A stretch of 42,766 nt of DNA, from the NCBI GenBank assembly GCA_050486505.1, contig JBJHDK010000005.1:20953-63718 (forward strand), written 5' to 3'. A program made the translations under genes and the position numbers. The DNA is from Fibrobacteria bacterium. Lineage in GTDB: Bacteria > Fibrobacterota > Fibrobacteria > UBA11236. The notes beneath the pieces were generated by a model. The model saw only the letters and a program-made list of their open reading frames with translations, searched no databases and had not been told where the DNA came from. Shown here one piece after another: positions 7,761 to 17,073 of the stretch. Each line of letters opens with the position of its first letter. Position 1 is the first letter of the stretch.

Positions 7761-8794
7761 CTCCTCCCATGTCCGCCGCCTTCCGCACCTTGCTGCTCGC
7801 CCTCGCCTTGGCAACGGGGGCCTTCGCGCAGCGCGCCGACACCGCGGTGGCCGACACGACCTTGCCGACCGATCCCCTGTTGCTCGGGAACCATTATTAC
7901 GAGAAGGGCGACTGGTCGCGCGCCGCGGAGCAGTACCGGATCGCCACTCGCGACACGACCTCGGCCCTGCAGCGGGCCTTCGCATGGTTCAACCTGGGCA
8001 ACACGCACGTGCAGACGGGTGCCTACCATCGCGCCATCGTGGCGTATCGCCGCTCCGTCGAGCAGGCGCCCAACTTCGCCCGCGGCTACCAGCTGCTCGG
8101 TGACGTGTACTTCACCATCGGCGCGACGGGCGAGGCGGTGGCTTCGTACCGGCGCCTGCTCGAGATCGACAACACGTCGGTGCGCGCGCACCAGATGCTC
8201 GGCGAATCTGCCCTGCGCGGCGGGGATGTGACGACGGCCCTGCGCCATTTCGACGCGGCGCTCAAGCTCGACCCCGACATGCCCGACGTCTACCTGGCCA
8301 TGGCGGAGGCCTACGCGCGCATCCGCGACTACGAGGCGGCGCAGAAGCTGCTCGAGGAGGCCTTGCTGCGCGCGCCCCGGCCCGTGGCGGAGGGCTATTT
8401 CTACCTCGGCCACTTGTACGAGCTCGGGGGAAACCCCCTGCGTGCCGTGCGCGCCTACGAAGAGGGATTGCTTCTGCAGCCGAACCGCCCGCAATACTAC
8501 CAGCGCATCGCGAGCATCCATGAGAACGCCGGAGACGATTTTCTGGCGCTCCTGATCCTCGAGCAGGGGATCAACGCCGGCATCGAGCGCCCCGACTTTC
8601 ACCTGCGCCGGGGCAACCTGTACTTCAGGCAGCAGCGCTACGAACCCGCGTTGCGCGAGTATCGCCGCGCGCTGGAGTTGGGAAGCTCGCAAGGGCGCAT
8701 CGGCGTCGAGAACGTCGCGGCTGCGCTGCACAACGCGGGAAGGCGCAGCGAGGCGGAGGAGGTTCTCGCGGAGTTGCGCCGCCTGATCGACTGA
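7757..8794 (+). CDS. Secreted tetratricopeptide-repeat protein (TtpD-like position)
   Basis: Signal peptide (..TGAFAQ) and repeated TPR patterns (AWFNLGNTH..AIVAYRRSVE; GYFYLGHLYE..AVRAYEEGLLLQP). GTGA overlap with tonB; alternative ATG at 7769. Confidence 0.85.
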   Translation: MTPPMSAAFRTLLLALALATGAFAQRADTAVADTTLPTDPLLLGNHYYEKGDWSRAAEQYRIATRDTTSALQRAFAWFNLGNTHVQTGAYHRAIVAYRRSVEQAPNFARGYQLLGDVYFTIGATGEAVASYRRLLEIDNTSVRAHQMLGESALRGGDVTTALRHFDAALKLDPDMPDVYLAMAEAYARIRDYEAAQKLLEEALLRAPRPVAEGYFYLGHLYELGGNPLRAVRAYEEGLLLQPNRPQYYQRIASIHENAGDDFLALLILEQGINAGIERPDFHLRRGNLYFRQQRYEPALREYRRALELGSSQGRIGVENVAAALHNAGRRSEAEEVLAELRRLID

Positions 8795-8830
8795 TCGACT
8801 GACCGGCGATTCCTCAGCCGTGCGCTTCAC

Positions 8831-11017
8831 TCAAGCGCGCGGAGCCCCGCCCAGAAGGCTGCGCAGGGCCGCGAGGGTGGCGTCGGCGGTTCGTTCCCAG
8901 GTGTAGTACGCGGCGCGGTCCAGGCTTTTTCGCGAGCATTCGCGCGCGAAGTCCGTGTCACGGATCATGCGCTCCATCAGTTCCACCAGCGCCCGCACAT
9001 CGCCGGTGGGAAAGAATGCCGCGGCGCCTTCGCCCACCTCGGCCAGCGCCGAGTTGCGCGCGGCGATGACCGGGCAGCCGCAGGCCATGGCCTCGACGAC
9101 GGGCAGGCCGAAGCCTTCGTAGGACGAGGCCTGGATCAACGCCAGGGATTCGAGATACAGTTCCCGCAGGCGGGCATCGGTGACGTAGCCCGTGAACTCC
9201 ACGGCGTCGCCGATTTTCAGGTCCGCAACCTTGGCCGCGAGCCCGCTCTCGCCCCAACCCTTCTGCCCGACGATGCGGAGCGGGTGCGCGGCGCGCATCC
9301 TGCCGTCGAGGTGGGCGTAGGCTTCGAGAATGTCGGAGAGTCGCTTGCCCGGTTCGAGCGTTCCCACGAAGAGAAATCCGCCGCGCACGCGTTCCGCGGA
9401 ATCGGGAACGATGGGGAACTTTGTTCCCAGTGGGGTGACCTTCGCCTTCCCCGCGAGGTGGGGGTAATGGCGGGCGATGTCGTTCCGGGTGTTCTCCGAG
9501 TTCGTCAGGATCACGCGCGCCTTGCGTCCCGTCATGGAAACCAGGAAGGACAGCAGCCAGCGCTTCGCCGTTCCGAAGCGGTCCTTCGACTCCTTCTCGT
9601 AGGTGTCGTGGATGAAGACCGACTGCGGGGCGAAGCGCAGGAAGACGCCGTAGTTGCCGACGGAGTGCAGCAGGTCCGATCTTCGCGCGAGCCATGGCAC
9701 GAGCAACTGGTTCAGGACGAAGCGCGCTTCCTGCGAGCCCGGCAGGGAAACGCGACGGACACCGCGAAGCTCCCCGAAGTAACCCGCGAGGTGCGCGGGG
9801 TGGATCAAGGTGACGTCGAGCGCGGGGCCCACCGCCTTGAGCGCGCGGGCGATGTGAAACGCGTAGTTGGCGATGCCGCCGGGGTCGCCCGGGAGCATGG
9901 AGGCATTGAGGGTGATGGACGAAGGCGGGCGCAACGGAGCGGATGTCCCGTCCGCGGTCGCGGCATCTTCCCGGATGATTTCCAGCAGTTTTCGTGCGGA
10001 GAGATGCCAGGAATAACGCGCGCGCACGGGGGATCCGTCGAAGGGTTGCGCGGCGACCGCGTGTTCCATCGCGGCCGCCATCGCCTCGGGCGAGAGGGGG
10101 TCGAAGTAGATCGCGGACTCGTGCATCACCTCGCGGAACACCGGAATGTCGGAGCATGCCACGGGAAGGTTGAAGGCACAGGCGTCGAGCAGCGGGATCC
10201 CGAAGCCTTCGTCGAGGGACGGGAAAACCAGCGCGGTCGCACGTTCGTATAGATCGCGTAGCTCACCCTCACTTACATATCCGACGTTCTCGACGCCTTC
10301 GACACTCAAACGGGCTTGTGCTTCCGCGATACGCTTTCGGTCGCCGGTGATAACCAGCTTGAAGGCGGGGTGTCGTGTCCTGAAAATTCGGAATGCAGAC
10401 AGAAGGCGGTCGAGATTCTTTCGGGGGTTTGTGGCCCCCACGGTCAGCAGGAACGATTCGCCCGCGCCCTTGAAAGTCCGGGCGGAGACAAGATCCAGTC
10501 GACTGTCGCCGCAGGGAACGACGCTTACGCGCGCCGGCGATACGCCTTGCTTCCGCACGAGCTCGTTTCGCATCGCCTCGGAGATCGTCATGATCCTGTT
10601 CGCGAAGATCCGGTTCATCCAGAGCGACGCGCGGAGAAAAAACGAATACTTGCGGTTGTGTGCACCCTTGATGTTCAGAAAAGACAGATCGTAAACATAG
10701 GAGTACGTGCGAAAACCGGGATGGAACACCGGGATGCGCCCCTCGAACGACACGAACGCCGTGTACCCGAATTTTCGGCAGAGCAGGGGGATTCCGACCT
10801 GTTCGAACGCTTCCGTCAGGGGGTGCGCCGTGAGTTTCACGCCGGAGGGGTGCACCCTGAAGCGGCGGAACTCTCCCGTGAACGGACTTCCCTCGGGAAG
10901 GATCACACCGATGTTCCCGGCATCCGCCGGGATCGCCCGGAGCATGTTCAACGCGACCTGGCCCACGCCCGTCATGCCGGGGCGGATCCAGCGCGCGTCG
11001 AAGAGGATGCCGCTCAT
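8831..11017 (-). CDS. Tandem double glycosyltransferase family 4 (GT4-GT4 fusion), 728 aa
   Basis: Two GT-B modules, each with an N-terminal G(V/I)G/GI..Y-type motif and an EGFG signature: FPSLDEGFGIPLLDACA and ASSYEGFGLPVVEAMACG. ATG 11017 overlaps the GT2 stop. Confidence 0.9.
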   Translation of the reverse strand: MSGILFDARWIRPGMTGVGQVALNMLRAIPADAGNIGVILPEGSPFTGEFRRFRVHPSGVKLTAHPLTEAFEQVGIPLLCRKFGYTAFVSFEGRIPVFHPGFRTYSYVYDLSFLNIKGAHNRKYSFFLRASLWMNRIFANRIMTISEAMRNELVRKQGVSPARVSVVPCGDSRLDLVSARTFKGAGESFLLTVGATNPRKNLDRLLSAFRIFRTRHPAFKLVITGDRKRIAEAQARLSVEGVENVGYVSEGELRDLYERATALVFPSLDEGFGIPLLDACAFNLPVACSDIPVFREVMHESAIYFDPLSPEAMAAAMEHAVAAQPFDGSPVRARYSWHLSARKLLEIIREDAATADGTSAPLRPPSSITLNASMLPGDPGGIANYAFHIARALKAVGPALDVTLIHPAHLAGYFGELRGVRRVSLPGSQEARFVLNQLLVPWLARRSDLLHSVGNYGVFLRFAPQSVFIHDTYEKESKDRFGTAKRWLLSFLVSMTGRKARVILTNSENTRNDIARHYPHLAGKAKVTPLGTKFPIVPDSAERVRGGFLFVGTLEPGKRLSDILEAYAHLDGRMRAAHPLRIVGQKGWGESGLAAKVADLKIGDAVEFTGYVTDARLRELYLESLALIQASSYEGFGLPVVEAMACGCPVIAARNSALAEVGEGAAAFFPTGDVRALVELMERMIRDTDFARECSRKSLDRAAYYTWERTADATLAALRSLLGGAPRA

Positions 11018-11955
11018 GGCTCGGCCTTGCCGGGACTCAGCAGCGCGCGGATGCCCGCGAGGTGGACCTCGAGCCTGCGGCGCTTGTCCGTGTTCTTCAG
11101 CGCGATCGCCGGCACGCTCCAGACGACGACGCGCGCGAGGGAGCGCAGGAGGAAAATGCCCCGCAACAGCAGCGCCGCGCCGCGTCCCCGCATCTTCGCG
11201 AAGGCGCGGAGGCGGCCCGCGTCGGTGAGAAGCAGCGAGCGGACGGATGCGTGGTCGACACCTCCCCCTCCATGGTGCACAATGGAAACGCCCGGGAGAT
11301 ACCAGGTCGCGATCCCGGCGCGCGCGGCGCGCCAGCAGAACTCGGTGTCTTCCCCGTACATGAAAATGTCTTCGGCGAGCCCCCCCAAATCCAGGTACTG
11401 CCGCCTCTCCACAAGCAGAAAGGCTCCGGTCACCCAGTCCGCGCGGGCTCCCTCGGCGGGCGCGCTTTGCCAGCGTTGCAGCTTGCGTTGCGCAACGGAG
11501 TCGGCATTCGAGAAGATTTCCGCAAGGTAGCCGCGCAGGCTCGGGAACGTGTCCGCGCAGAGTTGGGGGGAGTCGTCGGGGTAACGCAGGCGGCAGCCGA
11601 CGATGCAGGGCGCCTTGGTGTCGGCGAGGTCGAGGCAGGCGGGGAGCACTTCCCCGGTGAACACGGTGTCGGTGTTGAGGAGGAGCAGGTAGCGTCCGCG
11701 CGCGTGCCTGGCGCCGAGGTTGTTCGCGCGCGCGAATCCGGCGTTCACGTCGTTGCGCACCACCCGGACGTCGGGGTGGCGCGCCTCGAGAAACTCGGCG
11801 CTTGCATCGGTCGATGCGTTGTCCACCACGAGGATTTCCAGGGAAACCGTGGTTTCGAAGCGCTTCAGGGAGGAAATGGCGGCGTCCGCGAAATCCCGCG
11901 TGTTCCAGTTGACCAAGATGACGGAAACGTCGGGCGGGATGGCCGGGTCGTGCAT
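11014..11955 (-). CDS. Glycosyltransferase family 2 (WbbL-like)
   Basis: VSVILVNWNT, ILVVDNASTD, NAGFARANNLG, LLLLNTDT, DWVTGAFLLV, FMYGEDTEFCWR. Confidence 0.9.
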   Translation of the reverse strand: MHDPAIPPDVSVILVNWNTRDFADAAISSLKRFETTVSLEILVVDNASTDASAEFLEARHPDVRVVRNDVNAGFARANNLGARHARGRYLLLLNTDTVFTGEVLPACLDLADTKAPCIVGCRLRYPDDSPQLCADTFPSLRGYLAEIFSNADSVAQRKLQRWQSAPAEGARADWVTGAFLLVERRQYLDLGGLAEDIFMYGEDTEFCWRAARAGIATWYLPGVSIVHHGGGGVDHASVRSLLLTDAGRLRAFAKMRGRGAALLLRGIFLLRSLARVVVWSVPAIALKNTDKRRRLEVHLAGIRALLSPGKAEP

Positions 11956-12134
11956 GGGTCGGGGAATCTATAAAACACGTGGAAAATGCCACGGGATCGG
12001 CCATTCAGGGGAGGCCCGGGAGTTCGCAGGCCGTGGATCAAATGGTTTTGCCCGCAAAACTTGGTAGCTTTACCGGCCACTATAACAGGCGGGGCCGTTC
12101 CGCCGCCATTTTCGACCACAGATTCCACGGGCCC

Positions 12135-13415
12135 ATGACGGAACACACCACCCCCCGCCACCATTTCCACAACCTTTGCGCGGGGCTCATTCTCGCGGGA
12201 ACGGTTTTCGCCTCCCTCCCACACGCCCAGATTCCCGGCATCGGCGGGGGCATGGATCTCACGTCGGTCGCAAATCAGGGCGGCGGTGCGCCGGCATACT
12301 CTCCCAATCTCGGGAACCTCCCTACACTCCCCCCGCCGGGAATGTGGAACTCGCCGCTGCTCCCGGACCAAAAGCCTGTTTTCGAAGCCATCGACGAAAC
12401 CACGTATGTCGTGGGGCCGGGCGATTATTTCCACATCGGGATCGGGGCGCAGGTGTTCAACCTCGTGGTGAGTCCCGAGGGATACCTGCTTCTCGAAAGC
12501 GTCCCCCCGGTCAACGTCAACGGCAAGACCCTGCTCGAGGCGCGCACGCTGGTGGTGGAGGCGGCATCGGGCCATTTCCAGGGCGACCGCGTCCATGTGC
12601 GCCTGGCGCAGGCGAAGCGTTTTCAGACGACGATCGCCGGTGCGGTGAACCGGCCCGGGATCTATGGCGTCGATCCCGGGATCCGCGTCTCCAATCTTCT
12701 CGAGATCGCGGGGGGGTTCTCCGTGCGCTCCTCGCGTGAAATCGCCTTGCACCGCGCCACCGGCGAGGTCGAGCACATCGATCTGCGCGGCTTCTATCTC
12801 GAGGGCGACATGGAATCCAATCCCGTGGTGCGCCAGGGGGACAGACTCCTCGTCGGTTCGCTGGAGGGGAGCGATCCGATCGTGTATGTCCGCGAACAGA
12901 ACAACCTGCTCTCGATGCGCCACCGCGACGGCGAGACCCTCGAAGAGTTCGTGCTGCGCTACGACGGCTATCGTGATGTCCGGGAATGGCGTTACGCGCG
13001 CATCTACGACGAGTCCGGGCGCTACGCGCAGACCGTGCAGCGCACCGATTCCGAGTCGCACGGCATGCGGGCCGGCACCACGGTCGAACTCCACGCGCCC
13101 AAGCCGCTCGTCTTCGTGGGCGGCATGGTGATGCGTCCCGGGTACTTCGAGTACAACCCCACCCTGAGCGCGATGGATTACCTCGCCCTCTCCGGCATGA
13201 CGGTGCATTCCGCCAGCGCGCGCCGCATCACCGTGGTCGACGATCAAGGCCGCCGCCGCAGCGTGAACACCACCGGAGACCCCCTCCGCCCGGGCGACCA
13301 CATTCTGGTCCCCCGATCGTACGAGGCCACCTTCCGCGATCACATCGCCATCATCTCCGCCATTTCGAGCCTCGCTGTCGCCATCGCGACCTTCGTCGTC
13401 CTGACGAGCAACTAG
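12135..13415 (+). CDS. Polysaccharide export protein (Wza/KpsD-like, SLBB repeats)
   Basis: Signal peptide, YVVGPGDYFHI...VSPEGYLLL..V..VNVNGKTLLEA, IAGAVNRPGIY, VFVGGMVMRPGYF, LRPGDHILVP, and a C-terminal hydrophobic helix. Start at ATG 12135 inferred. Confidence 0.82.
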   Translation: MTEHTTPRHHFHNLCAGLILAGTVFASLPHAQIPGIGGGMDLTSVANQGGGAPAYSPNLGNLPTLPPPGMWNSPLLPDQKPVFEAIDETTYVVGPGDYFHIGIGAQVFNLVVSPEGYLLLESVPPVNVNGKTLLEARTLVVEAASGHFQGDRVHVRLAQAKRFQTTIAGAVNRPGIYGVDPGIRVSNLLEIAGGFSVRSSREIALHRATGEVEHIDLRGFYLEGDMESNPVVRQGDRLLVGSLEGSDPIVYVREQNNLLSMRHRDGETLEEFVLRYDGYRDVREWRYARIYDESGRYAQTVQRTDSESHGMRAGTTVELHAPKPLVFVGGMVMRPGYFEYNPTLSAMDYLALSGMTVHSASARRITVVDDQGRRRSVNTTGDPLRPGDHILVPRSYEATFRDHIAIISAISSLAVAIATFVVLTSN

Positions 13416-13432
13416 CGGCAGGAATCCTTCTC

Positions 13433-14614
13433 ATGGACAAACGCTTCAGCCTACTCGACCTGTTTACGCTTTTCCTGCGCCAGAAAAAGCGCATCCTCAT
13501 TCATTTTGTCGTCGTGGCCGCCCTCGCGGTCGCCGTCAGTTATCTTATCCCGAAGAAGTACAAGGCCGAGGCCCTTTTCCTGCCCCCGCACGACGAAACC
13601 ATCGCGGGCGGCATTTCGTTGGGCGCCATGCTGAACATGGGGCGCACGTCCGCCTTCACCCCCCAGCAGGTGCACTCCATCCTGCGCTCGCGCCGCGTGC
13701 AGGAGGCCGTGATCAGGGAGTTCGACCTCATTCGGGTTTACAAGAAGCACCGCGAGCCCAACCCGACCGAGCAGGCCATGAAGACGCTTCGGGGTCGAAC
13801 CACCATTCGTCCCGTCACCCAGACGGGCCTCACGCAAAGCGCGATCGTGCACTATGCGTTTTCGGTGATCGACCGGGACAGCGTGCGCGCCGCGGACATG
13901 GCCAATTTCATGCTCGAGGAACTCGACAGGGCCATGGACGAGCTGACGAAAAGCCAGAGCGCCTATACGCTCGAGTTCGTGACGGGGAGGCTCGATTCCA
14001 TCTCGGCGCAGAAACTCGAGGCGATGGCGGCGCTCGCGGAATTCCAGACGGCCAATCGCATTTACTCGCCGCAAATCAGCCAGCAGATCGTGGCGTCGGT
14101 GGGAACCTATGCCGAACTTCAGAAGCAGAAGCTCATGTCTGAAATCCAGCGCGAGTTGCTGCTTTTCGAGCGTGGGCCCGAAAGCCGCGACGTGAGGTTC
14201 GAGGACAAGAAGATCCGCGAGCTCGAAGCGCGCATGCGCGATCTCGAAACGCGTCGCGAGCCATCCGTGATGCCGGGGCTCGAGCATTCGGTCGAACTTT
14301 CCCACCAGTTTCTCAAGCTTTATCAGGAATCCGAGGTGCTTGTCCGCCTCGAGTTGCTGATGCGCCAGCAATATGAAGAGGCGCGCATTAAGAATGCACG
14401 CCTCGCGCCCTCCGTCCGCGTCGTGGACCCGGCCGTGCCGCCCGAATGGAAGAACTCGCCGAAGAAGGCCATCATCGTGATCGTGATCGTCGGGGTGTAC
14501 ATGCTCGGCCTCTTCGTCTTCATCCTGGCCTCGCACGGGATCTCCAGAGCCACGCCCGAAACCCGGCGCAAGCTGGATGAGTTCCGGGAGGCGCTGCGCT
14601 TCAGGGCGGGCTAG
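13433..14614 (+). CDS. Polysaccharide chain-length determinant / co-polymerase (Wzz/GumC-like, no kinase domain)
   Basis: N-terminal TM followed by PKKYKAEALFLP, ILRSRRVQEAVI, a coiled coil, then VRVVDPAVPPEWKNSPKK and a C-terminal TM. Confidence 0.85.
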   Translation: MDKRFSLLDLFTLFLRQKKRILIHFVVVAALAVAVSYLIPKKYKAEALFLPPHDETIAGGISLGAMLNMGRTSAFTPQQVHSILRSRRVQEAVIREFDLIRVYKKHREPNPTEQAMKTLRGRTTIRPVTQTGLTQSAIVHYAFSVIDRDSVRAADMANFMLEELDRAMDELTKSQSAYTLEFVTGRLDSISAQKLEAMAALAEFQTANRIYSPQISQQIVASVGTYAELQKQKLMSEIQRELLLFERGPESRDVRFEDKKIRELEARMRDLETRREPSVMPGLEHSVELSHQFLKLYQESEVLVRLELLMRQQYEEARIKNARLAPSVRVVDPAVPPEWKNSPKKAIIVIVIVGVYMLGLFVFILASHGISRATPETRRKLDEFREALRFRAG

Positions 14615-14622
14615 GTCGCGGC

Positions 14623-15894
14623 GTGCTGGCCCGGGCTGCATATCTGCTCGACGGGGTCAACCTCAAGAACCTCTGCTACGCCTATTTCTTCCTCGCGCCG
14701 GTGTTTCTCGACCGGCGCGACGATACGGCGATCGTCATCACGTTCGCGGCCGGGTACCTCCTCAGCGGGCTGATCGTCGCGCTGGCCGCCGCCGAGCGGC
14801 TCGCGGCGTTCCAGGAGACGGTGCGTGTGCGAGGGTACTCCCTGATCCTGCTCGCATTCCTGGCGATGAGCTATTTCTCGGTGCTGGTCAACGCCCCGGG
14901 AAACTTCGGGGATCCGGGCCTGTTGTTCTTCAAGTACGGAAAACTGCTCTTCCCCATGCTGACCTTTTTCGTGATGGTCAACATCTGGACGAGACACGAT
15001 TTGCCGAAGTTGTACACGCTGCTCGTCGCGATGGGCCTGCTCAGCTTTTTGCTTGCCGTTCCCGATGCCATTTACACGATGCGCACCCGTGGGAACGTTT
15101 TGCCTCGCGTCGGCATCATTCTTTTCGACGATCCCAACAAGTATGCGGTGTTTCTCAACGTCCTGTACGGCGTGATGTTGCCGAAGTTTCTTTCACGGAT
15201 CAAGGAAGGAAAGCCCTGGCTCGGCCTCGGGGTTTTCCTTGTCGTGCTTGCCTGCGTGCTGGTGCTGACGATGTCGCGCAGCGGATTCTTCGCCTTCGCG
15301 CTCATCACGGCGGTTTGCCTCATGGCGGCCCGCTCCCGTCGCCTGTTGGCGCAGTCGCTGGTATTTCTCGTTCCGGTCGGGGTGCTGATTTTCGTCGCGA
15401 TCGTGGCCCGCTACAATGCCCCCGATAGCGCGGTGATGAGCGACATGGGGCGTCTTTGGACGTATGCGGTGGCGCTGAACACCATCCAGGCGCGTCCCCT
15501 GACCGGGATCGGATTCGCCAACGTGGTGGAGATGTACGATCTCTACGGCGGGATGTATTTGCACTTGATCGGAAAGCCCCTCGATATCCACAATGCGATG
15601 CTCGAAATCTTCGCCGAGCAGGGTGTGGCGGGCTTCGTCATTTACATGCTTCTCGTGTTTATCCCGGTCGGGATCCTGGCGCGTCGTGTCTTGCGCATCT
15701 CGCGAACGCGCTATCCGGTGACGGAAATGGCGGCCCTGAATATCCCGTTGGTGTTCTTTTCCTACGGCCTGTTTTACCATCATTATCTGACGAATGAGTA
15801 TTTCTGGGCGTACATGACGTTTACCGTGATCGTGCTGCGCGAGTCGCGCGGCGAAGGTGAAGAGTTGCGCTTCCTGCCCCCGAAACTGGTATGA
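14623..15894 (+). CDS. O-antigen ligase / Wzy polymerase family membrane protein
   Basis: About 10-12 TM segments; R.G..FDDPNKYA, LTMSRSG, R.WT.A...I..RPLTGIG, IHNAMLEIFAEQG. Confidence 0.85.
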   Translation: MLARAAYLLDGVNLKNLCYAYFFLAPVFLDRRDDTAIVITFAAGYLLSGLIVALAAAERLAAFQETVRVRGYSLILLAFLAMSYFSVLVNAPGNFGDPGLLFFKYGKLLFPMLTFFVMVNIWTRHDLPKLYTLLVAMGLLSFLLAVPDAIYTMRTRGNVLPRVGIILFDDPNKYAVFLNVLYGVMLPKFLSRIKEGKPWLGLGVFLVVLACVLVLTMSRSGFFAFALITAVCLMAARSRRLLAQSLVFLVPVGVLIFVAIVARYNAPDSAVMSDMGRLWTYAVALNTIQARPLTGIGFANVVEMYDLYGGMYLHLIGKPLDIHNAMLEIFAEQGVAGFVIYMLLVFIPVGILARRVLRISRTRYPVTEMAALNIPLVFFSYGLFYHHYLTNEYFWAYMTFTVIVLRESRGEGEELRFLPPKLV

Positions 15895-17000
15895 GCCCGG
15901 AACCGTCCCCCACGCCTTCCCGCCGGTTGAGGGTTCACTTCGTCCTTCCGTTCACGAACAAGACGGGCGGCGTGGTGGTGGTGGTGGAACACGCGAGGCA
16001 GCTGCGGAGTTTCGGACATGAGGTGGCGGTGTACCATCCCGCGGTTCCCTATCCGGCGCTTCTCGGGAGCCTCCCTGCATGGAAGCGGCCGCTCGTGTTT
16101 CTTCGCCTGTTGGCGCGTAACGTTTTCCGGCGCGCGCCGACGTTTCCGTGGTTCGACGGCGAGGTGGATGTGCGCCGGGTTCCCTGGATCGCCGATCGCT
16201 TCCTCCCCGACGCCGACGTCGTGATCGCCTCCGCCTGGCCGACGGCGCACAGCGTGGCGGCGCTTTCACCCGCGAAGGGGCGCAAGTTTTACTTCGTGCA
16301 GCACTACGAGGTGTGGGACGGCAGCGTCCCACGCGTGGACGCGAGCTACCGGCTTCCGCTCGGCCTCATCACCATCGCGCCGTGGCTGACGGCGCTGATG
16401 CGGGAGAAATTCGGCAGGGAGGTCGCGGCCGAGGTTCACAACGGCATCGACCTCGAGCGGTTCCATCCCCCCGCGGTGCGCCCCGGGCAACCGCTGACCT
16501 TGCTGATGATGCACCACGTGCTCGAGATCAAGGGGGTTCCCGACGGGTTGGCCGTGCTGCGGAGAATCCACGCGGAACATCCCGGGGTTCGCATCCGGTT
16601 GTTCGGGATGTACGACTTTCCCGACCGCGAGCCCTGGATGGAGCACGTGCGCGATCCTTCGCCCGAGGCGTTGGTTCGCCTTTATCAGGAAGCCGACGTC
16701 TTCCTGAGCCCGAGCGTGGCCGAGGGCTGGCACCTGCCGCCCATGGAGGCGATGGCCTGCGGGTGCGCGGTGGTGGCAACGCGGGTGGGGTGCATTCCCG
16801 TGCTCGAGAAGGACGGGAACCTGCTCGGGGCCGTGCCCGGGGACAGGGAGACCCTGTTCCGGCATGTCGATGCGCTGCTTCGCGACTCCGCCCTGCGCGC
16901 AGAAACGGCCCGGCGCGGCCTCGAGACGATTCGCCGGTATCGGTGGGAAGACAAGGGCCGGGAGTTCGAGCGCGCGATTCTCGCGACACCGAAGTCCTGA
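15891..17000 (+). CDS. Glycosyltransferase family 4 (WsaF-like N-terminus)
   Basis: TGGVVVVVEHA, PDADVVIASAWPTA, KFYFVQHYE, HNGIDLERF, PSVAEGWHLPPMEAMACG. Confidence 0.9.
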   Translation: MSPEPSPTPSRRLRVHFVLPFTNKTGGVVVVVEHARQLRSFGHEVAVYHPAVPYPALLGSLPAWKRPLVFLRLLARNVFRRAPTFPWFDGEVDVRRVPWIADRFLPDADVVIASAWPTAHSVAALSPAKGRKFYFVQHYEVWDGSVPRVDASYRLPLGLITIAPWLTALMREKFGREVAAEVHNGIDLERFHPPAVRPGQPLTLLMMHHVLEIKGVPDGLAVLRRIHAEHPGVRIRLFGMYDFPDREPWMEHVRDPSPEALVRLYQEADVFLSPSVAEGWHLPPMEAMACGCAVVATRVGCIPVLEKDGNLLGAVPGDRETLFRHVDALLRDSALRAETARRGLETIRRYRWEDKGREFERAILATPKS

Positions 17001-17010
17001 CGGCCCGGCC

Positions 17011-17072
17011 AAAGTTTCTGCGGAAGTTCCTGCGAATATTCCTGAAAACGTTCCGGCGAAACGTTCGTGAAA
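17011..17072 (+). repeat. Degenerate 12-bp tandem repeat between convergent genes
   Basis: TCTGCGGAAGTT CCTGCGAATATT CCTGAAAACGTT CCGGCGAAACGTT. Confidence 0.5.
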
Positions 17073-17073
17073 C

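Noticed and set aside
11018..12004. 1057-aa version of the GT4 ORF
   Set aside because: The first 329 codons overlap the GT2 gene in another frame. The real start is ATG 11017, with ATGA coupling.
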